This document shows, one piece after another, positions 48,430 through 58,780 of a stretch of DNA of 64,000 nucleotides. A program made the position numbers and the translations under genes. Each line of letters starts with the position of its first letter. Position 1 is the stretch's first letter. A model generated the notes under the pieces. That model was not told where the DNA came from. It ran no database searches and was given only the letters and a program-made list of their open reading frames with translations. This stretch comes from an uncultured Pelagibacteraceae bacterium (GTDB lineage Bacteria > Pseudomonadota > Alphaproteobacteria > Pelagibacterales > Pelagibacteraceae), in assembly GCA_902524115.1 (NCBI GenBank), contig CABZCA010000003.1:39628-103627 (forward strand). The letters are read 5' to 3'.

Positions 48430-49866
48430 ATGAAGCTAAATTTAAATTTTGTAAATAAAGTCCCAAAAATGGCAAAGGATAATGAGATTATTCTGCTAAC
48501 TCAAAAAAATATAAAAAATAAAAAGATTAAAAAATTAACAAATTCTGTTTTTTCTAATAAACTATTCTCTGAACAGAATTTCCTTGCAAAAGATTATGAA
48601 GATAAAAGTTACTTATTTGTAAATTGTACGAAATCAAAAGTTACATTGGATTTTGAAAAACTTGGTTCAAAATTATATGTTTTTTTAAAGGAAAATAAAA
48701 AAGAAAATTCATTTATAAATGTAGAGAATAATTCTTTTACTAATATACAATTAGAAAAGTTTCTTCATGGAGCGCAGCTTAAATCTTATAATTTTAATCT
48801 TTACAAAACAGTAAAAAAAAAAAATGCTAATATAAATTTAAATGTTGTTGGCAGAAGTATTAAACAAAAAAATTTATTAAGAAGTAAATTAAATGCTCTT
48901 TTAGAAGGAGTTTTTCTTACTAGAGATTTGGTTTCTGAGCCTGGAAATATTTTACATCCAGATGAATATGCCAAGAGAATTGTTAAATTAAGAAAGTTTG
49001 GATTAAAAGTTACAGTCTATGATCAAAAAAGATTAAAAAAATTAGGTTTTAATGCATTACTTGGTGTCGGACAGGGAAGTATAAGAGGTTCTTATATGGT
49101 AACTATAGAGTGGAATGGAAATAAAATTAAATCAAAACCTTTAGCCTTCGTTGGAAAGGGTGTTTGTTTTGATACTGGAGGAATTTCACTCAAGCCTGCA
49201 AAATTTATGGAGGATATGACATATGATATGGCAGGTTCAGCAACTGTAGTTGGTCTTATGAAAACTCTAGCTTTAAGGAAATCCAAAATAAATGCAGTTG
49301 GAGTTGTAGGATTAGTTGAAAATATGCCAGGAGCAAATGCACAAAGACCTGGAGATATTGTAAAATCTTACAGCGGACAAACAATAGAGGTTTTAAATAC
49401 TGATGCTGAGGGAAGATTAGTTTTAGCTGATGCGCTTACTTACACCGAAGAGAAATTTAAACCAAGTTTAATAATTGACTTAGCAACTTTAACTGGAGCA
49501 ATAATCGTTGCACTAGGATCCGAATATGCTGGATTATGGTCAAACAATAAAAAATTGTCGAAACAACTTTTTGATGCTGGAGAGCATGTAGAGGAAAAAG
49601 TATGGGAAATGCCTCTACACGAAAATTATAATAAATTAATGAATTCAAATAACGCCGATATGCAAAATATTAATTATGTTGGAGGAGCTGGATCAACAAC
49701 TGCAGCTCAATTTTTACAAAGATTTATAATCAATAAAACACCTTGGGCGCATTTAGATATTGCTGGAATGGCGTTTTCTAAATATGCTGGTGCATTAAAT
49801 TCTAGTGGTGCAACTGGATATGGTGTTAGATTACTAAATAAATTTATAGAGGAAAACTATGAGTAA
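48430..49866 (+). CDS. pepA: Leucyl aminopeptidase (M17)
   Basis: VGKGVCFDTGG, DMAG, NTDAEGRL, ATLTGA, AHLDIAG; ATG 48430 avoids overlap with lptF. Confidence 0.95.
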   Translation: MKLNLNFVNKVPKMAKDNEIILLTQKNIKNKKIKKLTNSVFSNKLFSEQNFLAKDYEDKSYLFVNCTKSKVTLDFEKLGSKLYVFLKENKKENSFINVENNSFTNIQLEKFLHGAQLKSYNFNLYKTVKKKNANINLNVVGRSIKQKNLLRSKLNALLEGVFLTRDLVSEPGNILHPDEYAKRIVKLRKFGLKVTVYDQKRLKKLGFNALLGVGQGSIRGSYMVTIEWNGNKIKSKPLAFVGKGVCFDTGGISLKPAKFMEDMTYDMAGSATVVGLMKTLALRKSKINAVGVVGLVENMPGANAQRPGDIVKSYSGQTIEVLNTDAEGRLVLADALTYTEEKFKPSLIIDLATLTGAIIVALGSEYAGLWSNNKKLSKQLFDAGEHVEEKVWEMPLHENYNKLMNSNNADMQNINYVGGAGSTTAAQFLQRFIINKTPWAHLDIAGMAFSKYAGALNSSGATGYGVRLLNKFIEENYE

Positions 49867-50269
49867 TATTGAACAAACATTATCAATAATTAAACCAGAT
49901 GCTGTTGAAAGGAATCTGCAAGATCAGATTAAAAATGAATTAAAAAATAACGGATTTGAAATTTTAAAAGAAAAAAAAATTCACATTTCTAAAGATGAGG
50001 CAGAAAAATTCTATAAAGTTCATGAGTCTAAACCATTTTATGGTGATTTATGTGCCTATTTATCCTCTGGACCGATTGTTGTAATGAGTCTTCAAAAAGA
50101 GAATGCAGTTTTAGAAAATAGAAAATTGATGGGTGCAACTAATCCGAAAGATGCAGAAGATGGAACACTTAGAAAAAAATATGGCATTTCAATTGATAAA
50201 AATTCTCTTCATGGATCAGATAGTGTTGAAAATGCCAAAATAGAGTTAGACTTTTTTTTTAAAGATTAG
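49859..50269 (+). CDS. ndk: Nucleoside diphosphate kinase
   Basis: IIKPDA, SGP, GATNP, GTLR, N.LHGSDS. Confidence 0.97.
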   Translation: MSNIEQTLSIIKPDAVERNLQDQIKNELKNNGFEILKEKKIHISKDEAEKFYKVHESKPFYGDLCAYLSSGPIVVMSLQKENAVLENRKLMGATNPKDAEDGTLRKKYGISIDKNSLHGSDSVENAKIELDFFFKD

Positions 50270-50837
50270 TTAAAAACTTATCAATAGCTTTTGGATAAAT
50301 TTCATGTTCTATTTTAAGCACCTTTTTTTCCAAACTTCTTACATTATCTGATTTAAGAATTTTTATTTTCTTTTGTAAAATAACTTTACCTGAATCTAGT
50401 TTTTCTGTTACTTTGTGAATTGAAGCTCCTGCAAATTTATCTTTATTTTTTATTGCTCTTTCATGTGTATTTAATCCCTTATACTTCGGCAAAAGTGACG
50501 GGTGAATATTTAATATTGGCTTAGAAAATTTTTTTATAAAATTACCAGACAATATTCTCATAAATCCAGCCAAACAAAGCATATCTATATTATATTTTTT
50601 TAGTAATTTAAGTGAGTTATTTTCAAAATTTGATTTTTTGGTAAATTTAATTCCATAAATTTTTATTTTTGACTTAGATGCATATTTTAAACCTTCAGCA
50701 TCTGGATTGTTTGAAATAACTAATATTATTTTTATTAAGGAATTTTTTTTTTTTGAGTATTTTATTAAAGATTTTAAGTTACTACCTCTACCACTAATAA
50801 AAACAGCTATATTTCTTTTACCAAGATATTTTTCCAC
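50259..50837 (-). CDS. purN: Phosphoribosylglycinamide formyltransferase
   Basis: ISGRGSNL, LAGFMRIL, NIHPSLLP.Y.G, LDSG. Confidence 0.96.
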   Translation of the reverse strand: MEKYLGKRNIAVFISGRGSNLKSLIKYSKKKNSLIKIILVISNNPDAEGLKYASKSKIKIYGIKFTKKSNFENNSLKLLKKYNIDMLCLAGFMRILSGNFIKKFSKPILNIHPSLLPKYKGLNTHERAIKNKDKFAGASIHKVTEKLDSGKVILQKKIKILKSDNVRSLEKKVLKIEHEIYPKAIDKFLTNL

Positions 50838-51840
50838 TTAATTTTATTTTTTTTGAGTTTTTAACTATTTTTCCAATTATATAGGGTTTAAATTTTTTAC
50901 CAAAATATTTAATTACTGAATTTAAATTTCTAGAATTTATAACTAAACAAAAACCTACACCACAATTAAAGGTCTTTAACATTTCTTTCTCATTTACACC
51001 CATTTTATATAACCATGTAAAAATTTTTAATGTTTTCACTCTATTTAGATCTATTTCCGCACACAAATTTTTTGGTATTATTCTTTGAATATTATCTACT
51101 AAGCCTCCACCAGTTATGTTTGCACATCCATTTATCAAATTTTTTTCGTTAATAAGAGATAATTCTTTTACATAAATTTTAGTTGGTCTAATTAATTCAG
51201 ATTTGAGAAATTTACTTGCCTTTAAATTTATTTTTTTTTTTTTTAAGAGATATCTTACTAAGGAATAACCGTTAGAGTGAAGTCCATTAGAAGGTACAGC
51301 TAAAATAAGATCATTATTTCTAATTTTTTTAGTAAGTATTTTTTTCTTTTCAACAAGACCAACAGCGAAACCTGCTATATCAAATTTCCCCTTTGTATAT
51401 GTCCCTGGCATTTCAGCGGTTTCACCACCAACTAATTTGCAACCGGAAATACCACAACCCCTAACAATTCCTTTAAGTAAATGTTTTAATTTACTCAAAT
51501 TAATTTTGCTAATTGAAATGTAGTCTAAGAATAAATAAGGCTTCGCTCCTTGAACCAATAAATCATTTACGCACATTGCAACAAGATCTATTCCGATTGT
51601 ATCAAATTTATTTAGATCATTTGCAATCTCAATTTTTGTTCCAACTCCATCAGAGCTCGTAACAATGTGTGGGTCTTTTAGTTGTTTAGGTATTGGCGAG
51701 ATTGCTCCAAAGCCTCCTATATTCTTAAAATCACCATTTTTATTTGATTTTCTTTCTAGCGAACTTATGAACTTAACAAAACTATCTGCTTTTGGAATAT
51801 TAACTCCACTCTTACTGTATGTTAATTTATTTGATGCCAT
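50818..51840 (-). CDS. purM: Phosphoribosylformylglycinamidine cyclo-ligase
   Basis: DGVGTK, DLVAMCVND, GGETAEMPG, GLHSNGYSL, ITGGG, TFNCG. Confidence 0.97.
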   Translation of the reverse strand: MASNKLTYSKSGVNIPKADSFVKFISSLERKSNKNGDFKNIGGFGAISPIPKQLKDPHIVTSSDGVGTKIEIANDLNKFDTIGIDLVAMCVNDLLVQGAKPYLFLDYISISKINLSKLKHLLKGIVRGCGISGCKLVGGETAEMPGTYTKGKFDIAGFAVGLVEKKKILTKKIRNNDLILAVPSNGLHSNGYSLVRYLLKKKKINLKASKFLKSELIRPTKIYVKELSLINEKNLINGCANITGGGLVDNIQRIIPKNLCAEIDLNRVKTLKIFTWLYKMGVNEKEMLKTFNCGVGFCLVINSRNLNSVIKYFGKKFKPYIIGKIVKNSKKIKLSGKISW

Positions 51841-51851
51841 ATAACAAAGTT

Positions 51852-52913
51852 ATGTATTTTTTTAAAAAAAATATATTAAATTATTTATATATATTTTTCA
51901 TAATTTTAAACTTTAATTTTATAGAGTTTTCCACAAAAGAGGCACTTGCTAAAAATTTTGTTGTTTCAAAAATTGAAGTTGAGGAAAAATATAATCTTAA
52001 TTTTAATAAACTTAAAGTTATTGATAGAGGCTTTAAAAAAGCATTTGAAGATATTTCTCAAATGATACTTGAAAGAAAAGATCTCGATAAAATTAGGAAT
52101 ACACCAATAAACGATATTAAAAAATTAATTGAAAACTTTTCAATATTAGATGAAAAATTTATAAATCAAAAATATAAAAGTATTATGGAGGTAGAGTTTA
52201 ACAGAAAAAAGTTAATTAAATTTTTAGATACTAAAAATATAACTATTTCATTACCAAAAAAAATAAATGTTTTTTTAATACCAGTACTAGTTGATTTAGA
52301 AACGAATAATTTTAGTTATTTAAGTGAAAACATTTTTGCAAAAAATTGGCAAAGTATTGAAAAAAACTATTTTCAAATTACTTATATCATGCCAAACGAG
52401 GATGTAGAAGATTATTTAAGTGTAAAAAACAACCTACAAGATATTGAAAATTATAATTTCAAAAAAATATTAGAAAAATATTATTCAGAAAATTTTATAA
52501 TAATGATAATTTTTAAAAGAAAAAATTCTAAAATTAATTTTGAAGATAAGTTTGAAATATTAAGTAAAAATTTTATAGATAAAAATATAGAAGATCAATC
52601 GGACTTAAATTCAATGATACTTAATATAAAAAATAAATATGAAGATAATTGGAAATCTATTAATAAAATGAATCCATCTACATCTGTTCCAATCCGATTA
52701 TCAGTAGATTCAAATAATACAGAAAAATCATTAAAATTAGAAAATGCTTTGCGTAATTTAGATTTCGTAAATAGCTATAATATTGAAAAGTTTGATAGTA
52801 ACATGATTATATATAAAGTTAATTACAGTAGTAGTCCAAAAAGATTTTTAAAAGATATTTTGTCTTATGATATTAATATTGACACTTCTTCAACTAACTG
52901 GAAAATGAAATGA
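51852..52913 (+). CDS. Exported hypothetical protein (DUF2066-like by position between purM and hdaA)
   Basis: Long ORF with N-terminal hydrophobic segment; WKSIN near C-terminus; synteny only. Confidence 0.6.
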   Translation: MYFFKKNILNYLYIFFIILNFNFIEFSTKEALAKNFVVSKIEVEEKYNLNFNKLKVIDRGFKKAFEDISQMILERKDLDKIRNTPINDIKKLIENFSILDEKFINQKYKSIMEVEFNRKKLIKFLDTKNITISLPKKINVFLIPVLVDLETNNFSYLSENIFAKNWQSIEKNYFQITYIMPNEDVEDYLSVKNNLQDIENYNFKKILEKYYSENFIIMIIFKRKNSKINFEDKFEILSKNFIDKNIEDQSDLNSMILNIKNKYEDNWKSINKMNPSTSVPIRLSVDSNNTEKSLKLENALRNLDFVNSYNIEKFDSNMIIYKVNYSSSPKRFLKDILSYDINIDTSSTNWKMK

Positions 52914-53566
52914 GTGAATTAAATCAATTACTTCTAGATTTTGATTATAAAACTAATTTTAATGAACATGATTTTTATTTATCGAAAAGTAATTCTATCG
53001 CATTTAATTTGATTAATAGATGGCCCAACTGGGATAAAAAAATATTAAATATATCAGGTGAAAAATTTTCTGGAAAAAGCCACCTAGCAAATATCTTTAA
53101 GTTAAAATCTAAAGCATTTTTAGTTAAGGGAAATGAGATTGATAATTCAATTTTTAAAAGTATTAAATTACATGAAAGTATAATTATTGATGATTTTGAA
53201 GAATGTATTCAGGAAGAAATACTTTATTCAATTTTTAATTTAATAGATCAGGATGGTAAGTATTTGTTGATAAATTCACTAAAACCAATTAATGAAATTA
53301 AATATAGACTGCCTGATTTAACCTCAAGATCAAAACATTGTCTTTACGCTATAATTGAAAATCCTGATGATGAATTACTTTTTGCTATAATTTTAAAGAA
53401 TTTTTCTGATCGTCAGATTAAAATTGAAAAAAAAATAATAAATTTCATAATTAGTAGAATTGACAGATCTTATAGAAAAATTGATGAATTTATATATAAG
53501 ATTGACGAATTAAGCTTAAAAAAAAAAAAACCAATTAATTTAAAGACAATAAAAGAGATTTTGTAA
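52910..53566 (+). CDS. hdaA: DnaA regulatory inactivator HdaA/Hda
   Basis: QLLLDF clamp-binding motif, G..SGKSHLA, LPDL.SR, RIDRS. Confidence 0.85.
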   Translation: MSELNQLLLDFDYKTNFNEHDFYLSKSNSIAFNLINRWPNWDKKILNISGEKFSGKSHLANIFKLKSKAFLVKGNEIDNSIFKSIKLHESIIIDDFEECIQEEILYSIFNLIDQDGKYLLINSLKPINEIKYRLPDLTSRSKHCLYAIIENPDDELLFAIILKNFSDRQIKIEKKIINFIISRIDRSYRKIDEFIYKIDELSLKKKKPINLKTIKEIL

Positions 53567-53567
53567 A

Positions 53568-55352
53568 TTGAACAAATATAGAACTCATACTTGTGGAGAA
53601 TTAACTAAGTCGCATAAAGAAAAAAAGATTTCTTTATCTGGTTGGATTAATAAAAAAAGAGACCATGGAAATCTATTATTTATAGATTTAAGAGATAATT
53701 TTGGAATTACTCAATGTGTTATAGACAAAAATAATGAAATTTTTAAGAAAATCGAAAAACTTTCTTTAGAAACAGTAATTAAAATTGTGGGAATTGTTAT
53801 TGAAAGATCAAATGAAACAATAAATAAAAATATTTCTACTGGCGAAATAGAGGTAAAAATTAATAATATTGATATTCTTGGTGAAACTAAAGAATTACCA
53901 ATGCCAGTTTTTTCAGATCAAGTATATGCTGAGGAAATAAGACTCAAGTATAGATTTTTAGACTTAAGAAGAAAAAAAATACATCAAAATATTGTCTTAA
54001 GATCAAAAGTAATCTCATTTATTAGAAATGAAATGCAAAAACTTGGTTTTTTAGAATTTCAAACCCCTATATTAACCTCCTCTAGTCCTGAAGGCGCAAG
54101 GGATTTTCTTGTTCCAAGCAGATTAAATCCTGGAAAATTTTATGCTTTACCGCAAGCACCGCAACAATTTAAGCAACTCATCATGGTATCTGGGTTTGAC
54201 AAATATTTTCAAATAGCGCCATGTTTTAGAGATGAGGACGCAAGAGCAGACAGAAGTCCTGGAGAATTTTATCAATTAGATGTTGAAATGTCTTTTGTTG
54301 AACAAGAAGATGTTTTTAATGTGATAGAAACTTTATTTTTAAAATTATTTAAAAAATTTAGTAACAAAAAAATTCTTCATGAAAAGTTTCCAAGAATTAC
54401 TTACGATGATGCAATGCTTAAATATGGATCAGACAAACCCGATTTAAGAAATCCATTAGAAATTACAGATTTAACAAATATTTTTGAGAGAGATGATGTA
54501 AAATTTGAAATATTTAAGAAATTAGTTAAAAAAGGCTCAATAGTAAGAGCGTTAGTTACCAAAAATACAAAGGATAAATCTAGAAGTTTCTTTGATGCAA
54601 TTGATAAATGGGCAAAAGATCAAGGTTCCTCTGGTCTTGCATATTTTACTTTAGAAAAAGAGAATAATGTCAGTGCGAAAGGACCAATTGGAAAATTTTT
54701 TTCAGAAACTTCATTGATTGAAATTATTAGTCAAACAAAGGCAAATATTGGAGATACTATTTTTCTTTCATGCGGAAAAAAAGATGATGTAGAAAAAATA
54801 TTAAGTGTTGCAAGAAATAAATTAGCTGAGGATTTAGATTTAATCGATAATGAAACATTTTCTTTTTGTTGGATTGTTGATTATCCTATGTACGAGATTG
54901 ATGAGTCAACAAAAAAAATTAAATTTAGTCATAATCCGTTTTCTATGCCACAAGGAGAAATTAATAAATTAGACCTTTATAATCCTTTAAATATTAAAGC
55001 CCATCAATATGATATTGTTTGCAATGGTATTGAACTATCATCAGGAGCCATAAGAAACCATGTTCCTGAATTAATGTATAAATTATTTGAAATTGCTGGT
55101 TATTCAAAAAATGATGTTAATACTAAATTTAGTGGAATGATAAATGCCTTGAGTTATGGAGCACCACCCCATGGAGGAATAGCTCCAGGGATAGATAGAA
55201 TTGTCATGCTTTTGGCAGATGAAAAAAACATAAGAGAAGTTACTATGTTCCCAATGAACCAAAATGCACAAGATTTGATGATGAATGCACCATCAGAAAT
55301 TTCAGATGATCAATTAAAAGAATTAAATTTAACTATTAAAAAGAAAAAATAA
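53568..55352 (+). CDS. aspS: Aspartate-tRNA ligase (probably non-discriminating Asp/Asn)
   Basis: TTG start; YRTHTCG, RDHG (His typical of non-discriminating enzymes), PEGARDF, QIAPCFRDED, GAPPHGG.A.G.DR. Confidence 0.97.
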   Translation: MNKYRTHTCGELTKSHKEKKISLSGWINKKRDHGNLLFIDLRDNFGITQCVIDKNNEIFKKIEKLSLETVIKIVGIVIERSNETINKNISTGEIEVKINNIDILGETKELPMPVFSDQVYAEEIRLKYRFLDLRRKKIHQNIVLRSKVISFIRNEMQKLGFLEFQTPILTSSSPEGARDFLVPSRLNPGKFYALPQAPQQFKQLIMVSGFDKYFQIAPCFRDEDARADRSPGEFYQLDVEMSFVEQEDVFNVIETLFLKLFKKFSNKKILHEKFPRITYDDAMLKYGSDKPDLRNPLEITDLTNIFERDDVKFEIFKKLVKKGSIVRALVTKNTKDKSRSFFDAIDKWAKDQGSSGLAYFTLEKENNVSAKGPIGKFFSETSLIEIISQTKANIGDTIFLSCGKKDDVEKILSVARNKLAEDLDLIDNETFSFCWIVDYPMYEIDESTKKIKFSHNPFSMPQGEINKLDLYNPLNIKAHQYDIVCNGIELSSGAIRNHVPELMYKLFEIAGYSKNDVNTKFSGMINALSYGAPPHGGIAPGIDRIVMLLADEKNIREVTMFPMNQNAQDLMMNAPSEISDDQLKELNLTIKKKK

Positions 55353-56177
55353 TTATTTCTTTCCTTTAAGATTTATTTTTATATCTGATAAATCTACTAA
55401 TTTCTTTTTATAATTACTTCTTACAAAACCTTTACTTGTAATATCTTTTACTAATTTCAAAAATTGAGTTTTATCTTCGCTATTTTCATCTGTTACACCT
55501 TCATCCAAGTTTTCAGATCCTCCTATTGTTGGAGTATGGGCAAGGTCTTCTCTGTTTAGATATGATATTGCTAATTCTCTAAATATATAATCTAGAATTG
55601 ATGATGCGCTTAATATTCTATCGTTACCAAACACTTTTCCTGACGGTTCAAATTTAGTATCCACAAAGGCATTTACAAACTCATCCAATGGAACTCCGTA
55701 TTGCAGTCCTAGTGAAACTGCTATTGCAAAGTTATTCATTGTTGCTTTTACAAGTTCACCTTCTTTACTAGTATCTATAAATATTTCACCTATTTTACCA
55801 TCTTCATACTCACCTGTATGTAGGTATACTTTATGATTTCCAATAGATGCCTTCTGTATATATCCTTTTCTTCTGTCTGGCATACTGAATCTTCTGCCAT
55901 TACTATCTTTAATATTTTTAGTTAATATTTCTTGGTTAATTTTTAGATTATTTTTTTTCTCAGGTTGAGGAAGGTCTTTTTCAACAACATTTATCTTGTT
56001 TTTTTCAATTTTTTCTAAATTTTTAGTTTTTCTGTTATCTAGTTTTACATCTAATATTTCAAATTTTCCGTCATCTCTTTTCTCTATATTTTGTATATTT
56101 TTTTCATCGATATCATCGAGATAATGACTTACTTTAAAACTACAAGTGTAGTACGTCTCAACTAAATATTTGGCCAT
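55353..56177 (-). CDS. Stand-alone C-terminal (TSCPD-like) domain of class II ribonucleotide reductase NrdJ with an unrelated N-terminus
   Basis: [78 protein letters not shown]; only 274 aa, no catalytic barrel. Confidence 0.82.
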   Translation of the reverse strand: MAKYLVETYYTCSFKVSHYLDDIDEKNIQNIEKRDDGKFEILDVKLDNRKTKNLEKIEKNKINVVEKDLPQPEKKNNLKINQEILTKNIKDSNGRRFSMPDRRKGYIQKASIGNHKVYLHTGEYEDGKIGEIFIDTSKEGELVKATMNNFAIAVSLGLQYGVPLDEFVNAFVDTKFEPSGKVFGNDRILSASSILDYIFRELAISYLNREDLAHTPTIGGSENLDEGVTDENSEDKTQFLKLVKDITSKGFVRSNYKKKLVDLSDIKINLKGKK

Positions 56178-56292
56178 TAAATTTCCTTATTTATTTATAA
56201 AATTGAATCTTAATGATTTATTGTATATAGAAATTTTTAATTTAAGTCTAATTTAATTTTTACAATTTAAAATTGAAAAAAAATAAACTTAT

Positions 56293-56652
56293 ATGTTGAC
56301 AGTATTTAAACAAATTTTTACCTGGTGGAATCATCAAACACTTGGAACAAGGTTACAAATATTTTTTTCTGGAAAATTAGTAGGAAAAGATAAAAATGGA
56401 AATAAATATTATGAAAGTAAATCTGGAAGAAGATGGGTCATTTATAATGGTGAAGTTGAGGCATCAAAAATACCTAATGAATGGTTCTCATGGATGCACT
56501 TCATGAATAATAAAATAGAAAATGATCATAATTTAAAAAAATATGATTGGCAGAAAGAACATTTGCCAAATCAAACAGGATCAGAAAATTCTTATCATCC
56601 AAAAAAATATAATAATGTCATTAAAAAAAAATATAAAAGCTGGAAAAGTTAA
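56293..56652 (+). CDS. NADH:ubiquinone oxidoreductase NDUFA12 (17.2 kDa) family subunit
   Basis: FTWW..QT.GT, VG.D..GN.YY, RRWVIY, EASKIP..W..W.H, W.K.H.PN.TG. Confidence 0.92.
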   Translation: MLTVFKQIFTWWNHQTLGTRLQIFFSGKLVGKDKNGNKYYESKSGRRWVIYNGEVEASKIPNEWFSWMHFMNNKIENDHNLKKYDWQKEHLPNQTGSENSYHPKKYNNVIKKKYKSWKS

Positions 56653-57019
56653 TTTTTTATTAGCAACAGTTATAAGTATTATTACAATAAATAACATATA
56701 TGCTGATACCTTGCCAAAAAGCGAGATAACTGCTGAGTTAAGTGTTCTTGATAAAGTAAGTTCAAAAAATACAAATATAAAAATTCAAGTTGGAGAGGAA
56801 TTTTCATTTCAAAATCTAAGCATAAAGATTTTAAAATGTTACAACTCAGAATTTGATGATGACCCAGAAGTCACGGCATATATGCAAGTAAAAGACAAAA
56901 CTATGGATAATAATGACAAGGTTTTTGTTTTTAATGATTGGACATTTGCGTCAAGTCCATCGATTAGGCCATTTGACCATCCTGTTTATGATGTTTGGTT
57001 AAAAAAATGTTATAGTTAG
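56615..57019 (+). CDS. DUF2155 family protein
   Basis: LDKVS, C, FNDWTFASSPS, FDHPVYDVWL..C; ATG 56615 followed by a signal-like stretch. Confidence 0.85.
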   Translation: MSLKKNIKAGKVNFLLATVISIITINNIYADTLPKSEITAELSVLDKVSSKNTNIKIQVGEEFSFQNLSIKILKCYNSEFDDDPEVTAYMQVKDKTMDNNDKVFVFNDWTFASSPSIRPFDHPVYDVWLKKCYS

Positions 57020-58353
57020 ATAACCTTTTCTTTATCTAACCAACTTACATTGAAGTCAGATGTTATAAATTTTTTATTATTAAGTAATACTTTATGTAGC
57101 TCAATTGTAGTTGTTATTCCATCAATTACAAACTCGTCAAGAGATCTTAACATTCTTTGAATTGCTTCTTCTCTGTTTCTTCCATGAGTTATCACTTTAC
57201 AAACCATGCTGTCATAATAAGGTGTAATTTTATATCCTTGGTATATTGATCCATCTACTCTTGTTCTAAATCCAGATGGTTGATGACACATTCCTATTTT
57301 ACCTGGTGAGGGTTGAAAATTATTACTGGGATCTTCGGCATTAATTCTACACTCTATTGCATGTCCTCTTGGATTTACATCGGTTTGTTTCAAAGCTGTA
57401 TCACCAGAGAAAGCTATCCATATCTGTTCTTTTATTATGTCAATTCCCGTAACCATCTCGGTTACTGGATGTTCAACTTGTACCCTGGTATTCATCTCTA
57501 AAAAGTAAAATTTTCCATCTTCATATATAAATTCGACTGTTCCAGCTCCCTCATATCCAATTTTACTAACCATACTAACAGTCTTTTCAAATAGATCTTT
57601 TCTAATTTTATCGTCTAAAATAGGGCTAGGTGTTTCCTCAATGAGTTTTTGATGTCTTCGCTGAACTGAACAATCTCTTTCATGCAAATGAACAGTTCTA
57701 TTCTTGCCTGATAAAACTTGGACTTCTATATGTCTTGGATTTTGAAAGAATTTTTCAATGTATACTTCGTCGTTTCCAAAAAATTTTTTTGCTTCTTGTT
57801 TAGCTGTTAAAAAAAGATTTTCAAATTCTTCTTGCTTATTTACAATTTTCATTCCTTTTCCACCTCCTCCACCAGAGGCCTTTATTAAAATTGGAAAACC
57901 TATCTTTTCACATATTTTTTTTGCTTCATTAATATCTTTAACACCACCTTCTGAGCCTTCAATTACTGGTAGTCCATATTTCTTTGCAACTTTTTTAGCT
58001 TCAATTTTATCTCCCATCATTTTTATTAAATTAGAGGAAGGTCCTATAAATTTTATATCATTTTCTTCTAATATTTTTGCAAACTCAAAATTTTCTGACA
58101 AAAAACCATAACCAGGATGTACAGCTTCAGCATCTGTTAATTCGATAGCAGACATAATTGCAGGAATATTTAAATAACTAAATGTTGGTTGATGAGGACC
58201 CACACAAATACTTTCATCAGCTAATCTTACGTGCATGCTGTCTCTATCTACATCCGAATGAATAGCCACAGTTGAAATACCCCATTCTTTGCAAGCTCTT
58301 ATTATACGAACTGCTATTTCACCTCTATTAGCTATAAGTATTTTTTTAAACAT
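57016..58353 (-). CDS. accC: Acetyl-CoA carboxylase biotin carboxylase
   Basis: ANRGEIA, HPGYGFLSEN, GGGGKGM, ERDCS.QRRHQK, EMNTRVQVEH. Confidence 0.97.
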   Translation of the reverse strand: MFKKILIANRGEIAVRIIRACKEWGISTVAIHSDVDRDSMHVRLADESICVGPHQPTFSYLNIPAIMSAIELTDAEAVHPGYGFLSENFEFAKILEENDIKFIGPSSNLIKMMGDKIEAKKVAKKYGLPVIEGSEGGVKDINEAKKICEKIGFPILIKASGGGGGKGMKIVNKQEEFENLFLTAKQEAKKFFGNDEVYIEKFFQNPRHIEVQVLSGKNRTVHLHERDCSVQRRHQKLIEETPSPILDDKIRKDLFEKTVSMVSKIGYEGAGTVEFIYEDGKFYFLEMNTRVQVEHPVTEMVTGIDIIKEQIWIAFSGDTALKQTDVNPRGHAIECRINAEDPSNNFQPSPGKIGMCHQPSGFRTRVDGSIYQGYKITPYYDSMVCKVITHGRNREEAIQRMLRSLDEFVIDGITTTIELHKVLLNNKKFITSDFNVSWLDKEKVI

Positions 58354-58357
58354 TAAT

Positions 58358-58780
58358 TTAGACTACGGTAGCAATAGTTTGACCAAACTCTACAGGCTGA
58401 CCATCTTCAACACAAATTTCTTTTACAACTCCATCAAGTTGGCTTGGAATATGGTTCATAGTTTTCATTGCTTCAACAATCATAACAGTATCACCTTTTT
58501 TAATTTTCTGACCTACCTCTATAAATTTTTTTCCACCTGGTTCTGGTGCAAGGTAAGCAGTACCAATTATAGGTGAATTAATTTTTTTAGAGCTGTCAAT
58601 TAAAACTTCATCTTTTATGGTTTTTCTTTCAATGCTATGAGCTACAGTTTCAATGTTTTTTGATATTCTAGACTTCGAAACTTTAACCTTAACATCTTTT
58701 TCAGTGTATTCTATTTCTGTGAGATTAAATTCATCCAAATAATCATTTAACTCCTTAATAATATTTTTGTTAATTTTCAT
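58358..58780 (-). CDS. accB: Biotin carboxyl carrier protein
   Basis: SPIIGT.Y, EAMK biotinylation motif, GQPVEFG. Confidence 0.96.
   Translation of the reverse strand: MKINKNIIKELNDYLDEFNLTEIEYTEKDVKVKVSKSRISKNIETVAHSIERKTIKDEVLIDSSKKINSPIIGTAYLAPEPGGKKFIEVGQKIKKGDTVMIVEAMKTMNHIPSQLDGVVKEICVEDGQPVEFGQTIATVV

Noticed and set aside
40657-53530. Long A/T homopolymers (e.g. in gmk near 40660, purM near 51235, hdaA near 53520) as phase-variation or frameshift sites
   Set aside because: They encode poly-Lys in intact housekeeping frames and are expected at this base composition
56242-56256. TTAA-N7-TTAA (CtrA-box-like) between the NrdJ remnant and NDUFA12
   Set aside because: An all-A/T motif is expected by chance in such AT-rich spacers; no evidence for ctrA in the window
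56178-56292. Possible NrdR box or cobalamin riboswitch upstream of the NrdJ remnant
   Set aside because: No convincing NrdR palindrome; the spacer is too short and AT-rich for a B12 riboswitch
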